From the IMG/VR virus record IMGVR_UViG_3300018080_000034: a stretch of DNA of 50,237 nucleotides. One strand, written 5' to 3'. A model generated the notes under the pieces. It searched no databases. It had not been told where the DNA came from and was given only the letters and a program-made list of their open reading frames with translations. The stretch is from a virus. Shown in pieces: positions 47,902 to 50,237 of this stretch (position 1 is its first letter; each line of letters begins with the position of its first letter). A program made the position numbers and the translations under genes.

Positions 47902-49605
47902 GTGGCGCATCCCTTGAATGACACGCAATTCGAGCAACTTATCACCGCAATTAACTGGTCGCAGCGGCAGCTTGAGTATCCGAGGCGCAAGCGCGTCGAG
48001 GCCGTGCGTCAGTTTGTCGGTTATCACTATTTTGAGAATGGCGCTGTAAAGCGTGTGCCGGTTCCCTTTCTCGCGCTAGCTGTACAGATTTACGTGCGGC
48101 AGCTTGCGGCGCGTGCGCCTCGGGCGCTCATTACTACTGCTCGGCAGGACTTGTGGCACGTTGCTGCGAATCTGGAACTTGCGATCAATCAGGTTCCCCC
48201 GGAAATTGGCCTCACGCAGACCCTCCGCAAGCTCGTTACCGAGGCGCTGTTTTCGTTTGGGATTGTGAAGTGCGGCCTTCATACCGTAGGGCAAATACTG
48301 GGGCACGAGTACGGTGAGTCCTTCGTTGATCTAGTGACGATTGACGATTATTTCTGCGATATGAGCGCTAAGTCGTTTAGGGAGATCGACTACGAAGGGA
48401 ATGACTACTGGCTCGATTACGAGGAGGTCATGGACTCGAAGTGGCCCGACAAGAGTGCGAGGCCATTCTTAAAGGCTGACGACTACACGATAGTCGGCCC
48501 GTCCGGCGCAGAGCGAGCCGAGGGGGTGTCCGTCAACGAGACTGCCGAGCAGTACAAGAAGAAGATACACCTGCGCGATGTTTGGCTGCCTGCCGACAAT
48601 ATCGTGGTCACGTATGGTGTCACGAGCCAGAAGCGAATCAAGGTAACCGAGCGCGATGCACCGCATGGCCCGTACTACAAGCTGGGCTTTACTGACGTTC
48701 CAGGCAATCTCTTGCCTTTGCCCCCGGTGTCGCTATGGCGCGATCTGCACGAACTCTCTAACTCCTTGTATCGCAAGCTTGGCAATGAGGCCGATTCCTT
48801 CAAGCGAGTTCTGGGATTCCCCGGGGGTAACAATGACGAGGCTGAGAACTTCAAGAAAGCGCATGACGGGGACGGCATTACGTACACAGGTCAAGAACCA
48901 AAGACACTAGAGGCAGGCGGCGTGGATGCCAGGACGCTCGCCTTCTATTTGCAGACCCGTGACCTGCAATCGTACTTCGCGGGCAACGTGGACACCCTCG
49001 GCGGGCTTTCGCCACAAACCGAGACAGTGGGCCAAGATCGCTTGTTGAGCGAAGCGGCTGGTGCGCAATTACGCGATATGGCCGATACCACAGTTGGCGT
49101 GGTGAAAGAAATCTTCCAGGCTCTTGCGTACTACGAGTGGAGCGATCCAATCAAGCGCCGGATGCTAGAGAAGCCCATTCCTGGCACTGACTTGTCGATC
49201 ACGTCTGAGTTCGGCCCCGAGCACAAGCAGGGACGCTTCGACGAGTACGACTTGAACATCGACGTTTACTCCATGCAAGATGACTCGCCGAACTTGAAGC
49301 TGCAAAAGCTCGGGCTGGTCATGCAGACTTACGTGCTACCGCTCGCGCCTCTGATTCAACAGGAAGGCGGCTCGATTGACGTTCAGAAAATCATGCAACT
49401 GGTCGCCAAGTATTCTGATCTTCCTGAACTTAGTCAGATCGTCACCTTCATGGAGCCCGCAGGGTCGCAAGGCCAGGGTGAGGGACCATCGGCGCCAGCG
49501 CAAACCGAGCGCCGCTATGTGCGCGAAGGGCGGCCTGGCATGACTCGTGAAGGCGCCTCTCGGGAGTTGCAGAGTCGCCTCCTGTCGGGGGAGTTTGAGA
49601 GCTAA
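47902..49605 (+). CDS. Portal protein
   Basis: 567 aa ORF immediately after terL and before the scaffold/capsid genes. GTG start with caggag upstream. The size fits podoviral portals. Confidence 0.65.
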   Translation: MAHPLNDTQFEQLITAINWSQRQLEYPRRKRVEAVRQFVGYHYFENGAVKRVPVPFLALAVQIYVRQLAARAPRALITTARQDLWHVAANLELAINQVPPEIGLTQTLRKLVTEALFSFGIVKCGLHTVGQILGHEYGESFVDLVTIDDYFCDMSAKSFREIDYEGNDYWLDYEEVMDSKWPDKSARPFLKADDYTIVGPSGAERAEGVSVNETAEQYKKKIHLRDVWLPADNIVVTYGVTSQKRIKVTERDAPHGPYYKLGFTDVPGNLLPLPPVSLWRDLHELSNSLYRKLGNEADSFKRVLGFPGGNNDEAENFKKAHDGDGITYTGQEPKTLEAGGVDARTLAFYLQTRDLQSYFAGNVDTLGGLSPQTETVGQDRLLSEAAGAQLRDMADTTVGVVKEIFQALAYYEWSDPIKRRMLEKPIPGTDLSITSEFGPEHKQGRFDEYDLNIDVYSMQDDSPNLKLQKLGLVMQTYVLPLAPLIQQEGGSIDVQKIMQLVAKYSDLPELSQIVTFMEPAGSQGQGEGPSAPAQTERRYVREGRPGMTREGASRELQSRLLSGEFES

Positions 49606-49615
49606 GGTCGGCTCT

Positions 49616-49637
49616 TAACCTGCGGTCGCGTTCCTGG
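49616..49637 (+). promoter_or_regulatory. Conserved 22-nt box, copy B (taacCtgcggtcgcgttcctgg)
   Basis: Matches 17573-17594 at 21 of 22 positions. It lies in the gap after the portal gene, 31 nt upstream of the next ATG. Confidence 0.4.
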
Positions 49638-49668
49638 GAAGGGTCCTGGACTAAACTAGAGGGATACT

Positions 49669-50007
49669 ATGCCCACGTACTGCTTTCGGACGGATGATGG
49701 GGAAATCGTCGAGCGGCCATTCCGAATGGGGGAGTCGCCGCGGCGTATCCGGCTCGATGATGGCCGCGTTGCCACTCGTGACATTCAGGCCGAGCATCTA
49801 CCTCGGCGCGCGGGTGGTGGTTGGCCGATTGTGTGTTACGCATCGGGAGTACACCCCGATCAGGCGCAGGATTTAAGGGATCATTTTCGTAAACATGGCC
49901 TCAATGTCACCGTGACCGACGGTGGCGATCCTGTCTATGAAAATGCTCAGCAGCGCAAGAGAGCGTTGCGCTGCCGGGGGTTGCACGATAGAGCGGGGTA
50001 CGACTGA
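49669..50007 (+). CDS. Hypothetical head-module protein (112 aa)
   Basis: ATG with agaggga upstream. It lies between portal and scaffold. No motif recognised. Confidence 0.5.
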   Translation: MPTYCFRTDDGEIVERPFRMGESPRRIRLDDGRVATRDIQAEHLPRRAGGGWPIVCYASGVHPDQAQDLRDHFRKHGLNVTVTDGGDPVYENAQQRKRALRCRGLHDRAGYD

Positions 50008-50141
50008 TGCCGGCTGGAACTCGTGTTAGCGATTGCGTGAAGAAGCTAACGCCGAAGTACGGCAAAGTTCGCGCAATTAAAATCTGCCAGAAGTCCACCG
50101 GCCAGTCGTACCAGACTGGCAAGCCGCCGAAGAAGAAGTAG
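50007..50141 (+). CDS. 44-aa basic peptide (not in the ORF track)
   Basis: The ATG overlaps the upstream TGA (ATGA). MPAGTRVSDCVKKLTPKYGKVRAIKICQKSTGQSYQTGKPPKKK. Its last 22 nt are duplicated at 1-22. Confidence 0.4.
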   Translation: MPAGTRVSDCVKKLTPKYGKVRAIKICQKSTGQSYQTGKPPKKK

Positions 50142-50237
50142 TCCGTTTACACGCACAGGAGAGAGCTAATGTCCTTTGATCGTGAGTCGTTTGAGAAAGA
50201 AGTGGACGCGGCCATTGAGGAAGTAGCCGCCGAGACA
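50120..50237. repeat. Terminal overlap, copy 2 (identical to 1-118)
   Basis: See the feature at 1-118. Confidence 0.95.

Overview
The window is one complete phage genome whose ends overlap (bases 1-118 are identical to 50120-50237, unit length about 50,119 bp). It is GC-rich, carries an integrase, and has a podovirus-like layout.

Plus strand:
- Packaging genes at 43.6-49.6 kb: a Zn-finger protein, an HTH small-terminase candidate, a membrane-anchored trypsin-like protease, large terminase and portal.
- A head/tail module in T7-like order at 0.05-17.6 kb, continuing across the junction: acidic scaffold, capsid candidate, a 777-aa nozzle-like protein, a repeat-rich tail fibre, Gln-rich internal proteins and a 1571-aa giant internal protein.
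- An atypical envelope/lysis cassette at 17.6-20.8 kb: two papain-fold hydrolases, an exported thioredoxin lipoprotein and membrane proteins.
- A tyrosine integrase plus an XRE regulator at 21.2-22.9 kb.

Minus strand, read from 42.1 kb down to 22.9 kb: one long early arm driven by a sigma70-like promoter.
- 15 small accessory ORFs, separated by families of conserved hairpins and sequence boxes.
- DNA-binding regulators and a SprT-like protein.
- A Sak4 / DUF669 / Cas4-like / EndoVII-like / RusA recombination set.
- An SF2 helicase and a primase-polymerase/helicase.
- A nucleotide/DNA-modification cluster.

A 1.45-kb ORF-poor control region (42128-43578) lies between the divergent early and late arms. 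It holds divergent promoters, a hairpin with 31-bp arms, tandem dyad repeats, a polypyrimidine mirror tract and TTGAC-type boxes (core TTGACACC).

No homology or structure searches could be run. Every functional call rests on motifs read by eye, gene order and start/stop context.
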